A DNA stretch of 64,000 nt from Cutibacterium namnetense (lineage in GTDB: Bacteria > Actinomycetota > Actinomycetes > Propionibacteriales > Propionibacteriaceae), in the NCBI RefSeq assembly GCF_001642025.1, contig NZ_LWHO01000009.1:45156-109155 (forward strand), given 5' to 3'. Positions 1-11,080 of this stretch are shown here, one piece after another (positions within the stretch are counted from its first letter, which is position 1; each line of letters starts with the position of its first letter). The notes below the pieces were generated by a model, which was given only the letters and a program-made list of their open reading frames with translations, was not told where the DNA came from and did no database searches. A program made the position numbers and the translations under genes.

Positions 1-462
1 GTCACCGAGTCGGCGCGGGTGTGGCGGCTGCTCCATACCTTCCTTGAGAGGAGCCAGCAACTCGTCCTTGGTCCAGATGTGCTTGGCGCGCGAGGTGTCG
101 GCCATCTTGAAGTCGTTAGTCATCGTCAGAGCACGAGTTGGGCACGCCTCGATGCACATTCCGCACAGAATGCAGCGCAGATAGTTAATCTCGTAGACGC
201 GACCGTAGCGCTCACCGGGCGAGTAACGCTCCTCGTCAGTGTTATCTGCCCCCTCGACGTAGATGGCATCGGCAGGGCACGCCCAGGCACACAGCTCACA
301 ACCCACGCATTTTTCCAACCCGTCAGGCCAGCGGTTGAGCTGGTGACGACCGTGCATGCGCGGCGGCATCGGCTTTTCCTTGCCCTTCTCCGGGTATCCC
401 TGGGTGAAGGGCTTGCGGAACATCGTCTCGAAGGTAATCCCGAATCCTGACCAGGCTCCCAT
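1..462 (-). CDS. nuoI: NADH-quinone oxidoreductase subunit I (partial; C-terminus lies beyond the window edge)
   Basis: The minus-strand frame reads [71 protein letters not shown]..., containing two 4Fe-4S ferredoxin CxxCxxCxxxCP motifs. Its ATG at 462..460 overlaps the nuoH stop (ATGA). The 19..450(+) and 323..901(-) ORFs in the track are antisense or alternative-frame artefacts. Confidence 0.85.
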   Translation of the reverse strand, partial: MGAWSGFGITFETMFRKPFTQGYPEKGKEKPMPPRMHGRHQLNRWPDGLEKCVGCELCAWACPADAIYVEGADNTDEERYSPGERYGRVYEINYLRCILCGMCIEACPTRALTMTNDFKMADTSRAKHIWTKDELLAPLKEGMEQPPHPRRLGD

Positions 463-1784
463 CACAGACCTCCGTTCTCGTCGTGGTCTCGTCGAGCCAC
501 CGTGGTGGCTGCTGCGGCCCCAGCCAGCGGGGCCTGCACCTGATGTGGCAATGGCGGTACCGGATAGCCACCGGCGAAAGCGTCGAAGGGTTGATTCGGA
601 ACCTCCTTGGCCGTGGAATCGGCCTTGCCACCCATAAATGCCCACACGATGAGGGCGACCATGATGACGCCGACGACCACCAGGAAGATCGGGTTCCGGC
701 CCCACCCTTGATTGATGACAGTGCGCCAGGCAGCGACCAGCAGGACCCACCCCAGCGACACCGGGATAAGGACCTTCCAGCCCAGATCCATGAAGTGGTC
801 GTAGCGGAACCTCGGGATCGCGGCGCGCACCCACACGAAGAAGAAGATGACGAGCTGGGTCTTGAGGAAGAACCACAACAGGCCCCACCAGCCTGAATCA
901 ATGACCCCGAAGTAATTCAGCGGCCATGGAGCGCGGTAGCCACCCAGGAACAGGGTGGTACAGACCGCCGACAGGGTCGCCATATTGATGTACTCCGCCA
1001 GGAAATACATGCCATAGGGAAAGCCCGAATACTCGGTGATGTAACCACTGACGAGCTCCGACTCGCACTCTGGGAGGTCGAAAGGCAGACGGTTGGACTC
1101 ACCGAACATCGTAATGACGTAGATGATGAAGCTCGGGATCAGCAGCAACCAATAATGCCCGGCGATATGGGTATCAAATCCGCCAACAACCAGATGATTT
1201 GCCTGGGACTCGACGATCTGCGATGTCGACATTGAGCCGGAGAAGATGAACACTGTCACCAAGGACAGGCCCATCGCGACCTCGTAGGAGATCATCTGGG
1301 CGCTGGAGCGAAGCGAGCCGAGTAGGGAGTACGTGCCCGCCGAAGACCAACCGGCCAACACCACGCCGTAAATGCCGATGGACGCCACCGCGAGGATAAA
1401 CAGCACCGCAACCGGCACATCAGTAATCTGAAGCCTGGTGGTGTGGCCGAAGACCGACACTTCACCACCGAGCGGGATGACGGACCAGGACGCGAAGCAG
1501 GCGATGCCCGCAATGACCGGCGCCAGGTTGAAGACGATCTTATCGGCACCCTTCGGGGTGAGCATCTCCTTGAAGATGAGCTTCAAACCGTCACCGACAG
1601 CCTGAAACACACCACCAGCCCACGCCGAGTTCATGATCGGGCCGATGCGGTTCTGCATCTTGGCCAACACACGGCGCTCGAACCACACGTTAAAAATGGT
1701 CCAGGCCAGCAGGATCACGAAGAGGATGACGACCTTGATGATGATGAGCCACACCGGGTCAATGGTGGCCTCGAGGGGACTCAT
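462..1784 (-). CDS. nuoH: NADH-quinone oxidoreductase subunit H
   Basis: A 440-aa polytopic membrane protein whose sequence is typical NuoH/ND1. It sits in the nuo gene order and its start overlaps the nuoG stop. Confidence 0.92.
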   Translation of the reverse strand: MSPLEATIDPVWLIIIKVVILFVILLAWTIFNVWFERRVLAKMQNRIGPIMNSAWAGGVFQAVGDGLKLIFKEMLTPKGADKIVFNLAPVIAGIACFASWSVIPLGGEVSVFGHTTRLQITDVPVAVLFILAVASIGIYGVVLAGWSSAGTYSLLGSLRSSAQMISYEVAMGLSLVTVFIFSGSMSTSQIVESQANHLVVGGFDTHIAGHYWLLLIPSFIIYVITMFGESNRLPFDLPECESELVSGYITEYSGFPYGMYFLAEYINMATLSAVCTTLFLGGYRAPWPLNYFGVIDSGWWGLLWFFLKTQLVIFFFVWVRAAIPRFRYDHFMDLGWKVLIPVSLGWVLLVAAWRTVINQGWGRNPIFLVVVGVIMVALIVWAFMGGKADSTAKEVPNQPFDAFAGGYPVPPLPHQVQAPLAGAAAATTVARRDHDENGGL

Positions 1785-4219
1785 GCCACACCTGCCTCTC
1801 GGGAAGTTTCGGATTCAACGGCGCTCAATGAAACGACAGTTCCGGGAGCGTCGGGGACGGTGGTTCGACTCTGCGGAGCAGTCGAATCGCCACGCAGCGA
1901 CGGGATCCACACTGCCTCAGCCGCCATCGTCGCGTCGATCTTGACCGGAAGTCGCAGATTGATAGGGCCGCAGACATCAATGAGCTGCCCAGTGGTCACG
2001 CCAAGTTGCTCGGCTGTCAACGGGTCGATGACGGCGACCGGAGCGGGGGCGGTGGCAACCAGGGCATCGGCACCGGTCAGGCTTGCCGAACCCTCCAGAA
2101 GCTGACGCCAGGTTTCCAGCACTCGGCCAACCGAACCAGCCTCAACCATGGGGGTCTGTGGTACGAGCGGGGAGGTCGACGCCATCTTCGGGTGACCACC
2201 CTGCCACTGCCCAAGGTCTGTCCAGGCTTTATGGGCCTGAGCGACCGTTGCGAGGCCGGAGACCGACCCCATCTGGGAGCTCAGGGCGTCGATGACGCGG
2301 ATCTCGTTCATGGGCGTCGCGGGCTGCTTATTGACCACCCTGACTCGGCCAGGGCGATGCTCCCAGTCAAGGAAGGTACCGGAGGTTTCCTCCAGCAGGC
2401 AGACCGGCAAGACAACGTCAGCCCGGGCCGAAACCTCGGAAAAGCGCTGCTCGACCGAAACGACGAACCCGCAATTCTCGACAGCCTCGCGGGCTCCGGT
2501 CGGGTCGGGCATATCGGCCAGCTCTACGCCAGAAACAACCAGCGCGTCGAGTTTTCCGGCCTGGGCGGCAGCCAGCATTCCGCCGGTGTCAAGGCCAGGC
2601 TGGGTTGGCAAGTTACTGGCTCCCCACGCGGCCGCGACATCTACGCGAGCCTTGGAATCGTCGACGAGACGCCCACCTGGCAGCAGCTGAGGCAGCAGAC
2701 CAGCCTCGATGGCACCAATCTCGCCAGCTCGACGCGGCACCCAGGCCACCCGAACCGTCGGGTCAAGGTCGTTGATGGCCGACAGGGTACCGGGCCGGGT
2801 AGCGGCCCTCTCCCCCACCAACACGATGGTTCCCTCCCCAATGGTCCCGTCGGCGACCAACTGGGCGAGAGCCTCGGGCTCCTGACCGGGCAGGCAGCGA
2901 GCCAGCTCGGCTCCCATCTTCGCCGAGCCATTGGACAGGTGAGTTCCGACTGCAGTGATCGCCACCTTGTGCCGACGCCACGCCTTACGCAGGCGCAGGA
3001 AGATCATCGGGCACTCGTCCTCAGGCTCCAAGGCCACCAGGACCACCCGCGAAGCCTTCTCAAGGTCGGCGTAGGTGACCGACTCCTCAAGACTGCGCCC
3101 GGCGACTCTGGCACCCAGATAGGCGGCCTCCTCAGCCGAGTGTGGCCGGGAACGGAAGTCGACGTTGTTGGTGCCGAGCACGACTCGAGCAAACCGGGAC
3201 CAGGACAGGCACGTCTCCACCGGGAGGCGTCCACCGGTGAGGACGCCGACGCTAGTACCAGCTTTCGTTAATCCAGCGGCGGCGGTCTGTAGGGCCTCGG
3301 CCCATGACGCCGGCTCCAACACGCCGTTGTGACGCACTAGCGGAGTCGTGACCCGGTCGTCAGCACGGCCGTAGCGGAAGGCGAAGCGCCCCTTATCGCA
3401 GTTCCACTCCTCGTTGACCTCCGACAGGTTGCCGGCGTTGCGACGCTTGACTTCGTAGTGACGGTGATCGGTGCGCAGCTGGCAGCCGGCTGCGCAGTGC
3501 TCACAGGTCGTCACCGTCGAGACCAGATCGAAGGGACGGGAACGGAAGCGGTACTCGGCGCTGGTAAGAGCTCCCACCGGGCAGATCTGGATGACGTTGC
3601 CAGAGAAGTAGGAGTTGAAGTCGTCACCCTGGTAAGCACCAATCTGGGAGACGGCGCCGCGCTCCTGCAGGTTGATGAAGGGGTCTCCGGCGATCTGATC
3701 AGCGAATCGAGTGCAGCGCTGACACAGCACACAACGCTCACGGTCCAACAGCACCTGGGCCGAGATGTTGATCGGCTTGGGATACGTGCGCTTGACCCCG
3801 CCGTAGCGGGACTCACCACGCCCGTTAGCCATCGCCTGGTTCTGCAGCGGGCACTCGCCACCCTTGTCGCAGATCGGGCAATCCAGCGGGTGGTTAATGA
3901 GGAGGAACTCCAGCATGCCCTCTTGGGATTTGCGAGCCATCTCGGAGCTGACCTGAGTCTTGACGATCATCCCCTCGGCGACCGGCATGGTGCAAGACGG
4001 TTGCGGCTTGGGGAAGCCACGGCCGTTACCGGCATCGGGGATCTCGACAAGGCACTCTCGACAGGCACCAGCTGGATCGAGCAGCGGATGATCACAAAAC
4101 CTTGGGATAGCAGTGCCGATAGATTCGGCCGCACGAATGATGAGGGTTCCCTTGGGGACACTCACCTGTTGACCGTCGATAGTGCACGTCACGAGTTCGA
4201 CGGGCTTGTTTTCGCTCAT
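1781..4219 (-). CDS. nuoG: NADH-quinone oxidoreductase subunit G (75 kDa Fe-S subunit)
   Basis: An 812-aa protein with an N-terminal 2Fe-2S/4Fe-4S Cys cluster region (CDHPLLDPAGACRECLVE..., CPICDKGGECPLQ) and a molybdopterin-oxidoreductase-like body. It lies between nuoF and nuoH. Confidence 0.92.
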   Translation of the reverse strand: MSENKPVELVTCTIDGQQVSVPKGTLIIRAAESIGTAIPRFCDHPLLDPAGACRECLVEIPDAGNGRGFPKPQPSCTMPVAEGMIVKTQVSSEMARKSQEGMLEFLLINHPLDCPICDKGGECPLQNQAMANGRGESRYGGVKRTYPKPINISAQVLLDRERCVLCQRCTRFADQIAGDPFINLQERGAVSQIGAYQGDDFNSYFSGNVIQICPVGALTSAEYRFRSRPFDLVSTVTTCEHCAAGCQLRTDHRHYEVKRRNAGNLSEVNEEWNCDKGRFAFRYGRADDRVTTPLVRHNGVLEPASWAEALQTAAAGLTKAGTSVGVLTGGRLPVETCLSWSRFARVVLGTNNVDFRSRPHSAEEAAYLGARVAGRSLEESVTYADLEKASRVVLVALEPEDECPMIFLRLRKAWRRHKVAITAVGTHLSNGSAKMGAELARCLPGQEPEALAQLVADGTIGEGTIVLVGERAATRPGTLSAINDLDPTVRVAWVPRRAGEIGAIEAGLLPQLLPGGRLVDDSKARVDVAAAWGASNLPTQPGLDTGGMLAAAQAGKLDALVVSGVELADMPDPTGAREAVENCGFVVSVEQRFSEVSARADVVLPVCLLEETSGTFLDWEHRPGRVRVVNKQPATPMNEIRVIDALSSQMGSVSGLATVAQAHKAWTDLGQWQGGHPKMASTSPLVPQTPMVEAGSVGRVLETWRQLLEGSASLTGADALVATAPAPVAVIDPLTAEQLGVTTGQLIDVCGPINLRLPVKIDATMAAEAVWIPSLRGDSTAPQSRTTVPDAPGTVVSLSAVESETSREAGVA

Positions 4220-5550
4220 GCTCCGGCCCCCTCCAGGACTCGGCGATCGGCGTCAGTGAAGACCGAACTGCGCTCATAGGGCAAGTACTGCCAGGCGGGT
4301 ATTCCTCGACAGCCAGCTTCAAATTCGTCGCGGAAGTAGCCAATGGCCCCGCGCAGACAGCCCACGGCACCGTCAGCCAGAGCGCAGAATGAACGGCCAC
4401 CGATATTGTCGGCAATGTCCATCAGCTTGTCGACATCACCTTCGGCACCCTCGCCGGCCTCGATGCGACGCAGCATCTGGACCACCCACCAGGTGCCCTC
4501 ACGGCACGGGGTGCACTTGCCACACGACTCGTGCTTGTAGAACTCTAGCCACCGCAAGGTGACTCGAACCACCGAAGTAGTCTCATCGAAACATTGCAGA
4601 GCCTTCGTGCCGAGCATCGTTTTGGCCCCGGCCATCCCCTCATAGTCGAGTGGGAGGTCAATGTCATCCTTGGTCAGGATCGGTGTCGAGGAGCCACCGG
4701 GAGTAAAGAACTTCAGTTCGTGTCCCTGTCGCATGCCACCGGAGATGTCGAGCAGCTGACGCAGCGTAATACCCATGGGGGCCTCATACTGCCCAGGACG
4801 GGCCACATGCCCGGACAAGGAGTAGATGGTAAAGCCATCGGACTTCTCGGTGCCCATGTATTTGAACCATTCCTTGCCGTTACGCAGGATCGACGGCACC
4901 GTCGAGATGGATTCGACGTTGTTAATAACCGTCGGGCTGGCGTACAGACCCGCAACAGCCGGGAAGGGCGGGCGCAGCCGAGGCTGACCACGACGTCCCT
5001 CCAAGGAATCCAGCAGAGCCGTTTCCTCGCCACAGATGTAGGCGCCTGCGCCGGCATGGACGACGACGTCGAGATCGTAACCGGAACCGAGGATGTTCTT
5101 GCCGATGTAACCGGCCGAGTAGGCCTCCCGCACAGCCTGCTGCACGCGTCGGACAACGTGCAGCACCTCACCGCGAATATAGATGAAAGCCACTTTGGCC
5201 TTGATGGCGTAGGAGGCGATGATGACACCCTCGACGAGGGTGTGCGGGGAGGCCATCATGAGCGGCATGTCCTTGCATGTACCAGGCTCGGACTCATCAC
5301 CGTTGACAACAAGGTAGGTCGGGTTGGGGTTGTCCTTGGGCACGAACGACCACTTCATGCCGGTCGGGAATCCAGCGCCACCACGGCCGCGCAGATTAGC
5401 GTCCTTGACCAGCGAGACGACCTCATCAGGCTGCATCGTCAAAGCTTTACGAAGGCCGGTGTATCCGCCCTGTCGCTCGTAGTTGAGCAGCTTCCAGCTA
5501 CGCTCGTCGTCCCAATTCGCCGACAGAACCGGGGTCAGTGGATCGGTCAC
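4216..5550 (-). CDS. nuoF: NADH-quinone oxidoreductase subunit F (51 kDa, FMN/NADH-binding)
   Basis: A 444-aa protein with GRGGAGFPTG (FMN/NAD site) and a C-terminal ESCGKCTPCREG 4Fe-4S motif. It overlaps nuoE by 4 nt. Confidence 0.93.
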   Translation of the reverse strand: MTDPLTPVLSANWDDERSWKLLNYERQGGYTGLRKALTMQPDEVVSLVKDANLRGRGGAGFPTGMKWSFVPKDNPNPTYLVVNGDESEPGTCKDMPLMMASPHTLVEGVIIASYAIKAKVAFIYIRGEVLHVVRRVQQAVREAYSAGYIGKNILGSGYDLDVVVHAGAGAYICGEETALLDSLEGRRGQPRLRPPFPAVAGLYASPTVINNVESISTVPSILRNGKEWFKYMGTEKSDGFTIYSLSGHVARPGQYEAPMGITLRQLLDISGGMRQGHELKFFTPGGSSTPILTKDDIDLPLDYEGMAGAKTMLGTKALQCFDETTSVVRVTLRWLEFYKHESCGKCTPCREGTWWVVQMLRRIEAGEGAEGDVDKLMDIADNIGGRSFCALADGAVGCLRGAIGYFRDEFEAGCRGIPAWQYLPYERSSVFTDADRRVLEGAGA

Positions 5551-6329
5551 TTCTTCTCCTCCACGGGCTCAGCGGGAGCGGGCAGGCTATTTGGGTCTGG
5601 AGCCTTCCAGCCGTTTTGTTTAGCTAGTCGAACACCCTGCACAGATGCCTCACCGGCGCTGGGACCCTCGTCGGCCCGACCGTCGGGGAAGCCGGCGAGC
5701 ACTCGCTCGGCCTCACGCCAACTGGTGATCTTCGCACCACGGGTGGAGTGAACCTCTTCGTCGCGGGCCAAAGCGTCCAGGATTTCTTCGGCGCGGATCG
5801 GGGTCATGTTATCCATGTACTCCCAGTTGACCATCATGATCGGCGCGAAATCGCAGGCGGCGTTGCACTCCACTCTCTCGAGGGAGAACTTGCCGTCGGG
5901 GGTCGTCTCCCCCTCCTTGATGCCAAGTTTCTTCTCGACACGGGCAAGCACCTCCTCGCCACCCATGACGGCACACAGCGCCGTGGTACACACCCCGATG
6001 TGATGCTGACCCGCGGGGTGCTTCTTGTACATGGTGTAGAAGGTCGCTACCCCAGAGACCTGGGCGGTAGTGATGCCGAGCACCTCGGCTGCGGTCTCAA
6101 TGCCGACCGGCGAGATGCGTCCATCCACTGACTGGACCAGATGGAGGATCGGCAACAGGGCCGAACGGGAGTCAGGGTAACGCGAGGCGATCTGACGCAT
6201 CTCCTCGACGGTGTGCTCGTCAATATTGGTGGAACGGTCAGTCTGGTCGACTCCACCGGTCCCTGAGAAGTCCGAATGGAAAGACTCGACGTAGGGGTAT
6301 CCCAGGTTGACGGGTTCTCGATCGCTCAT
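5547..6329 (-). CDS. nuoE: NADH-quinone oxidoreductase subunit E (24 kDa, 2Fe-2S)
   Basis: A 260-aa protein with a thioredoxin-like 2Fe-2S region (CTTALCAV...CNAAC). Its position between nuoD and nuoF supports the call. Confidence 0.9.
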   Translation of the reverse strand: MSDREPVNLGYPYVESFHSDFSGTGGVDQTDRSTNIDEHTVEEMRQIASRYPDSRSALLPILHLVQSVDGRISPVGIETAAEVLGITTAQVSGVATFYTMYKKHPAGQHHIGVCTTALCAVMGGEEVLARVEKKLGIKEGETTPDGKFSLERVECNAACDFAPIMMVNWEYMDNMTPIRAEEILDALARDEEVHSTRGAKITSWREAERVLAGFPDGRADEGPSAGEASVQGVRLAKQNGWKAPDPNSLPAPAEPVEEKK

Positions 6330-7627
6330 CGGTCAACTCCTCCCATGACGGGATCCAGGGATGCCAGAGACGGCACCACGTCGGAAAGCATTCCGCCCTC
6401 ACACATGGCGGGCAGGGACTGCACGTTGATGAATCCAGGGTCGCGCAAGTGGGAACGGTAGGGCCGAACGCCGCCGTCAGAGACGAGATGACAGCCGAGC
6501 TCGCCACCAGCTCCCTCGATGGCCTGGTACACCTGGCCAGCAGGTACCCGGAATCCCTCGGTGACGATCTTGAAGTGATGGATGAGAGCCTCCATAGACT
6601 CGCCCATGATGTGGCGAATGTGCTCATTGGAGTTGCCCTGACCGTCGGGGCCTAAAGCCAGTTCAGCCGGCCACGCGATGTGCGGGTCTTCGACCATGTG
6701 ACGCTCACCCTGGGTGTCCTCAAGGCGCTTGAGACATTGCTTGAGGATGCGCACCGACTGGTCCATCTCTTCCAGACGGATGCGGAAGCGCCCGTAACAG
6801 TCGCAGGTATCCCAGGTGGCGACGTCGAAGTCGTACGTCTCGTAACCGCAATAGGGCTGGGTCTTGCGAAGGTCCCACGGTAGGCCGGTAGCGCGCAGAG
6901 CAGGGCCGGTAACTCCCAGGGCCATACAGGTAGATAGGTCGGCGTAACCGATGCCCTTGGTGCGGGTCTTAAAGATCGGGTTCTCATTGCAGAACTGGCC
7001 GATCTCGGGGAGGTACTTCTCCATCCGCTTGATGAGGTCGCGCAACTGGTCGAGTCCGGTCTCGGGCAGGTCGGTAGCGACGCCACCGGGACGGATCCAC
7101 GCGTTATTCATGCGCAAACCCGTGACGGCCTGGTTGAATTCCAGGATGATCTCGCGTTCCCTCAGGCCAACCTCGGCCACCGAGGACGCACCAAGCTCCA
7201 GACCACCCGTACCCACCGCGATGAGGTGGGAGGAAATGCGGTTCAACTCGGTAATCATGACCCGAAGTACGCGAGCGCGCTCGGGGACGTCGTCGGTAAC
7301 ACCGAGCAACTTTTCGACGGCCAGGCAATACACGAGCTCGTTAAAGAAGTTCGCAACGTAATTGCACCGGGTCATGAAGGTGACACCCTGAGTCCAGGTG
7401 CGGAACTCCATGTTCTTTTCGATACCGGTATGGAGGAATCCAACCCCGACTCGCAGGTCTGACACCGACTCGCCGTCAAGCTCGATGATGAGCCTCATGA
7501 CGCCGTGGGTAGACGGGTGGGAAGGCCCGAAGTTCACGACGACGGTTTCGTCGCCTCGCTCAGCAGCCTCATCAACAATCTGGGCCCAGTCGCCGCCCTG
7601 GGACAAGTACTCGTGGTTCTCGCTCAT
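6326..7627 (-). CDS. nuoD: NADH-quinone oxidoreductase subunit D (49 kDa)
   Basis: A 433-aa protein of the NuoD/NiFe-hydrogenase large-subunit-like family (N-terminal ...[12 protein letters not shown]..., C-terminal ...[26 protein letters not shown]...), in operon position. Confidence 0.92.
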   Translation of the reverse strand: MSENHEYLSQGGDWAQIVDEAAERGDETVVVNFGPSHPSTHGVMRLIIELDGESVSDLRVGVGFLHTGIEKNMEFRTWTQGVTFMTRCNYVANFFNELVYCLAVEKLLGVTDDVPERARVLRVMITELNRISSHLIAVGTGGLELGASSVAEVGLREREIILEFNQAVTGLRMNNAWIRPGGVATDLPETGLDQLRDLIKRMEKYLPEIGQFCNENPIFKTRTKGIGYADLSTCMALGVTGPALRATGLPWDLRKTQPYCGYETYDFDVATWDTCDCYGRFRIRLEEMDQSVRILKQCLKRLEDTQGERHMVEDPHIAWPAELALGPDGQGNSNEHIRHIMGESMEALIHHFKIVTEGFRVPAGQVYQAIEGAGGELGCHLVSDGGVRPYRSHLRDPGFINVQSLPAMCEGGMLSDVVPSLASLDPVMGGVDR

Positions 7628-8451
7628 CAGTTGTAGCTCCTGCGCTGGTCCGGCGGTGGCACGACGGCACCCTTATATTCGATCGGAATACCACCGAGGG
7701 GGTAGTCCTTGCGCTGCGGATGGCCGACCCAATCGTCGGGCATGAGGATGCGAGTAAGAGCCGGGTGGCCGTCGAAAATGACCCCGAACATGTCCCAGGC
7801 CTCGCGCTCCTGAAAGTCCACATGCGGGTAGACCGAAACAATGCTGGGTACGTGGGGAAGGGAGTCGACATCGCTGTGCCCGGTCCGGGCGACGTCTTCT
7901 TGGCCCGGATCAGCCAGAGCAACCTCGAGGCGAATGCGCCGGTTATGTGTCATCGACAGCAGGTCGTACACGACGTGCATCTCGCGCCCGGCCATGTGGG
8001 GATAGTGTACGCAGGTCAAGCATGAACAGCTCTCAAAGCGCAGGGCGTCATCGTCTCGAAGAGCCCTGACGAGTTCGAGGAGCTTTTCCGGGCGGACGAA
8101 GAAAGTGATCTCCCCACGATCGACCACGGTCAGACCGTCAGAAAAGTCAGGGACGAGCTCGGCCATACGATCAGCAACCTCGTCAAACCAGCCCCCATAG
8201 GGGCGCTCGAAGTTGCCAGAGATGTCGACGGTACGAACGATGCCGCCATAGCCAGACGTGTCGCCGGGGCCGGAGGTCGCCGCCCACATGCCCTCTCGAG
8301 TATCGATGCGACGATCGGTCCACTCATGGCTCTTAGCGGGAGTGTGGACCTGGTCGGGATCGTTGGGATCAAGGAAGTTGCGGCCGTCGGGGATGCGATC
8401 CCCGGAGTCCGAGCCGCCTGCGGCACCGCGCGGGGTCGGCTTGTCACTCAT
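7627..8451 (-). CDS. nuoC: NADH-quinone oxidoreductase subunit C (30 kDa)
   Basis: The ORF track extends to 8547, but the likely start is the ATG for MSDKPTPRG at about 8451, overlapping the nuoB stop (ATGA). Complex-I 30-kDa-subunit-like sequence, in operon position. Confidence 0.85.
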   Translation of the reverse strand: MSDKPTPRGAAGGSDSGDRIPDGRNFLDPNDPDQVHTPAKSHEWTDRRIDTREGMWAATSGPGDTSGYGGIVRTVDISGNFERPYGGWFDEVADRMAELVPDFSDGLTVVDRGEITFFVRPEKLLELVRALRDDDALRFESCSCLTCVHYPHMAGREMHVVYDLLSMTHNRRIRLEVALADPGQEDVARTGHSDVDSLPHVPSIVSVYPHVDFQEREAWDMFGVIFDGHPALTRILMPDDWVGHPQRKDYPLGGIPIEYKGAVVPPPDQRRSYN

Positions 8452-9005
8452 CGCATGAGCCCCTTCTGCTCGAGAGTGGTCTTGGCGTCGAGGGCCTGCT
8501 TCTCCTTGGCCGCCTCGACCTCGGACATGTGACCCATGAGCGGCCAATGCTGGATCTGCTCGCGGATCTTGAAAACAGCGTCAATGAGCATGTCCGGGCT
8601 AGGCGGACAGCCTGGCAGGTAGACATCCACCGGGACGATGTGGTCACAACCTTGGACGACCGCGTAGTTATTGAAGATGCCGCCAGAGGATGCGCAAGCC
8701 CCCATAGAGATAACCCATTTAGGTTCGGGCATTTGGTCGTAAAGCTGACGGACCACCGGAGCCATCTTCTGGCTCACCCGGCCCGAGACGATCATGAGAT
8801 CGGCCTGACGGGGGGAGGCACGGAACACCTCGTGGCCCCAGCGCGCGGCATCGGCACGCGGACCACCGTAGGAAATCATCTCGATGGCGCAGCAGGCCAG
8901 ACCCATCGTCAGCGGCCAGAAGGAAGTCTTGCGAAGCCATCCGACGATGGCCTCCATCGAGGTCATCACGATGCCAGCTGGGACGTCGGCGTCGTACTCA
9001 GCCAT
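8448..9005 (-). CDS. nuoB: NADH-quinone oxidoreductase subunit B (20 kDa, N2 cluster)
   Basis: A 185-aa protein with GLACCAIEM and GCPP motifs typical of NuoB/PSST. Confidence 0.93.
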   Translation of the reverse strand: MAEYDADVPAGIVMTSMEAIVGWLRKTSFWPLTMGLACCAIEMISYGGPRADAARWGHEVFRASPRQADLMIVSGRVSQKMAPVVRQLYDQMPEPKWVISMGACASSGGIFNNYAVVQGCDHIVPVDVYLPGCPPSPDMLIDAVFKIREQIQHWPLMGHMSEVEAAKEKQALDAKTTLEQKGLMR

Positions 9006-9097
9006 CTCGCGCGTCCTTTCTTTCTAAGACGTTGAATGACGTGGCTCTCCAGCCACTCAACATATTGCTGAGCGCGACCCCAGGCCGCGCGGGAAGA

Positions 9098-9457
9098 TCA
9101 GGTCCAATCCAGGCCGCCGCGGCGACGGATGTAGAGGTAAGGGATGAAAACCATTGCCACGAACAGCACCATCTCCACCAGCGCAAAGACGCCGAGGTGA
9201 TTAAAGTCGACCGCCCACGGGTAGAGGAACATGATGTCGATGTCGAACACGATGTAGAGCATCGCCACGACGAAGAACTTGACTGGGAACTTTCCGCCAC
9301 CTGCAGGCTGTGGTGTCGGTTCAATGCCACACTCGTAGATCTCGTACTTGGCGCGGTTGGGTTGCTTTACCGCAAGAAGGACATTGACTGCGATCGTCGC
9401 CAGCACGAAGACCGCACCGAGGATGACCATCCCCACGAGGGGAGCGTATCCGTTCAT
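9098..9457 (-). CDS. nuoA: NADH-quinone oxidoreductase subunit A
   Basis: A small 3-TM protein. The RBS AAGGTGGTGAG precedes the ATG of MNGYAPL, while the track's 9481 start adds 8 residues. It is the first gene of the nuo operon. Confidence 0.85.
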   Translation of the reverse strand: MNGYAPLVGMVILGAVFVLATIAVNVLLAVKQPNRAKYEIYECGIEPTPQPAGGGKFPVKFFVVAMLYIVFDIDIMFLYPWAVDFNHLGVFALVEMVLFVAMVFIPYLYIRRRGGLDWT

Positions 9458-9577
9458 CTCACCACCTTTGGTCAGCACCATTCGTTCAGACCTTACGACT
9501 CTCGCTTAGTTCTCTGGTACTTTGGGTTACCTAACTTTTAGCTTTGCGGCATGAGAGTGCTGCCGCAGGCCACGAGT

Positions 9578-10825
9578 TCACACCGACGGGGTGATCCTCG
9601 TCAGCGTGTTGATAATACGGTCATCGAGGTCTCCAGCCTTGGAGTCAGTGAGGTTTGCCAACAATTTGTTCACAAACTTCATGAGTCGACGGCGCGGAAG
9701 CCCATACGTCGTGCAGATCTTCATGACGCGCGGATCACCGATGAGCCGCACGAAAACCGTCCCCAACCGGTAGTACCCACCAAAGTGGCGTTGCAGAGCA
9801 CGCGAGTACCCCTGAAGTGCCTTCTCGGCGGCCGGCGTCCCGTGGCGGCGGTAATGAGCCTCAGCGATAGCATCAGCCGCTAGCTCACCGGCCTCCATGG
9901 CGTAGTCGATGCCCTCGCCATTGAACGGGTTGACCATGCCACCAGCATCACCCACAAGTAACAAGCCGTCGCGATAGTGGGGTTGCCGATTGAATGCCAT
10001 CGGCAAGGCGGCACCGCGGATCGGCCCCTCCCGATGTTCCTCGTCAAAAGTCCACTCGGCGGGCAGATGAGACAGCCAACGCGTCATCAGGGAGCGATAA
10101 TCGGTGTGGCCAAAAGCGGCCGAGGAATTGAGCATTCCCAAACCGATATTGACCGTTCCATCCCCCTCCGGGAAAGCCCAGCCGTAACCCGGCAGAAGGT
10201 CAGATTTTTGTGGGGCACCGTCCCACAGTTCTAGCCAGCTGTCTAAATAACGCGATTCGGACAGCGCAGAGCGGTAGTACGCGCGTACCGCCACACCCAT
10301 CGGACGATCGTCGCGTTTGTGCAAGCCCATCGCTAAGCCCAGACGCGAAGAGTTGCCATCAGCTGCGACGACAACGGGGGCGCAATACTCGGTGCCATCG
10401 GAGGTCCGGACGCCGCGAATACGGCCATTAGAGTCGAGGATCGGCTCAGTGACATTGGCACCCTCAACAAGGGTGACCCCCTGCGACTCGGCGTGACGAG
10501 CCAGACGCTCGTCGAGCACCGTGCGCCGGCACACCATGCCGAAATTGGGGTAGTGGGCCAGCACCGGCCAGGGAAGGACGAAGGGGGCGACATGCCCGCC
10601 GTGAATTCGCAGGCCCTCAGTGTGCTTCCAACCAGCCCCTTCGGAGACGTCGATACCTAGCCGGATGAGCTGCTTGACGGCGCGCGGAGTCAGGCCATCA
10701 CCGCAGACTTTGTCACGGGGGAAGGTCGCTTTCTCCAGCAGGGCAACATGGAGTCCCCTGCGAGCAAGGTGCGCGGCGGTCGCCGAGCCACCAGGCCCAG
10801 CACCGACGACGACAACGTCGGACTC
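9578..10825 (-). CDS. Geranylgeranyl reductase family FAD oxidoreductase (MenJ-like menaquinone side-chain reductase)
   Basis: VVVVGAGPGGSATAAHLARRG is a Rossmann FAD site, and LVGDAGGMVNPFNGEGI is the GGR GDAGG motif. The start was chosen at MESDVVVVGAG. The mycobacterial menJ homologue sits beside menG/nuo, as here. Confidence 0.75.
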   Translation of the reverse strand, partial: ESDVVVVGAGPGGSATAAHLARRGLHVALLEKATFPRDKVCGDGLTPRAVKQLIRLGIDVSEGAGWKHTEGLRIHGGHVAPFVLPWPVLAHYPNFGMVCRRTVLDERLARHAESQGVTLVEGANVTEPILDSNGRIRGVRTSDGTEYCAPVVVAADGNSSRLGLAMGLHKRDDRPMGVAVRAYYRSALSESRYLDSWLELWDGAPQKSDLLPGYGWAFPEGDGTVNIGLGMLNSSAAFGHTDYRSLMTRWLSHLPAEWTFDEEHREGPIRGAALPMAFNRQPHYRDGLLLVGDAGGMVNPFNGEGIDYAMEAGELAADAIAEAHYRRHGTPAAEKALQGYSRALQRHFGGYYRLGTVFVRLIGDPRVMKICTTYGLPRRRLMKFVNKLLANLTDSKAGDLDDRIINTLTRITPSV

Positions 10826-11080
10826 CATCTGGCTTGTCACGTAGCCCCTCCTTATTGACAACGACGCCGGTATACCGACGATCTGCACGGGCGAGTCTAG
10901 GGGCTGTCGGCTATGAGCGTGTTGGCACGCCGGGTTCACAAGCCCCGAAAGCAGGCCAACACCTACCGAGGACGCTGTTGCCTGCGACCCCTCGATGACA
11001 CTATGCAGTGCTAAGCTTTAAGTGAAAGTCATCAATGATTTTCAACAATTCTCATACCTATGACATATTGGGGGATCACC

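Noticed and set aside
323-901. A 192-aa minus-strand ORF spanning the nuoI/nuoH junction.
   Set aside because: It lies in a different frame from the authentic nuoI and nuoH coding sequences. Artefact.
2006-3271. A 421-aa ORF antisense to nuoG. There are similar cases at 4594..5751 antisense to nuoF and 3458..4279 antisense to nuoG.
   Set aside because: They are antisense to strongly supported complex-I genes, with Arg/Gly/Pro-rich composition. These are GC-driven open frames.
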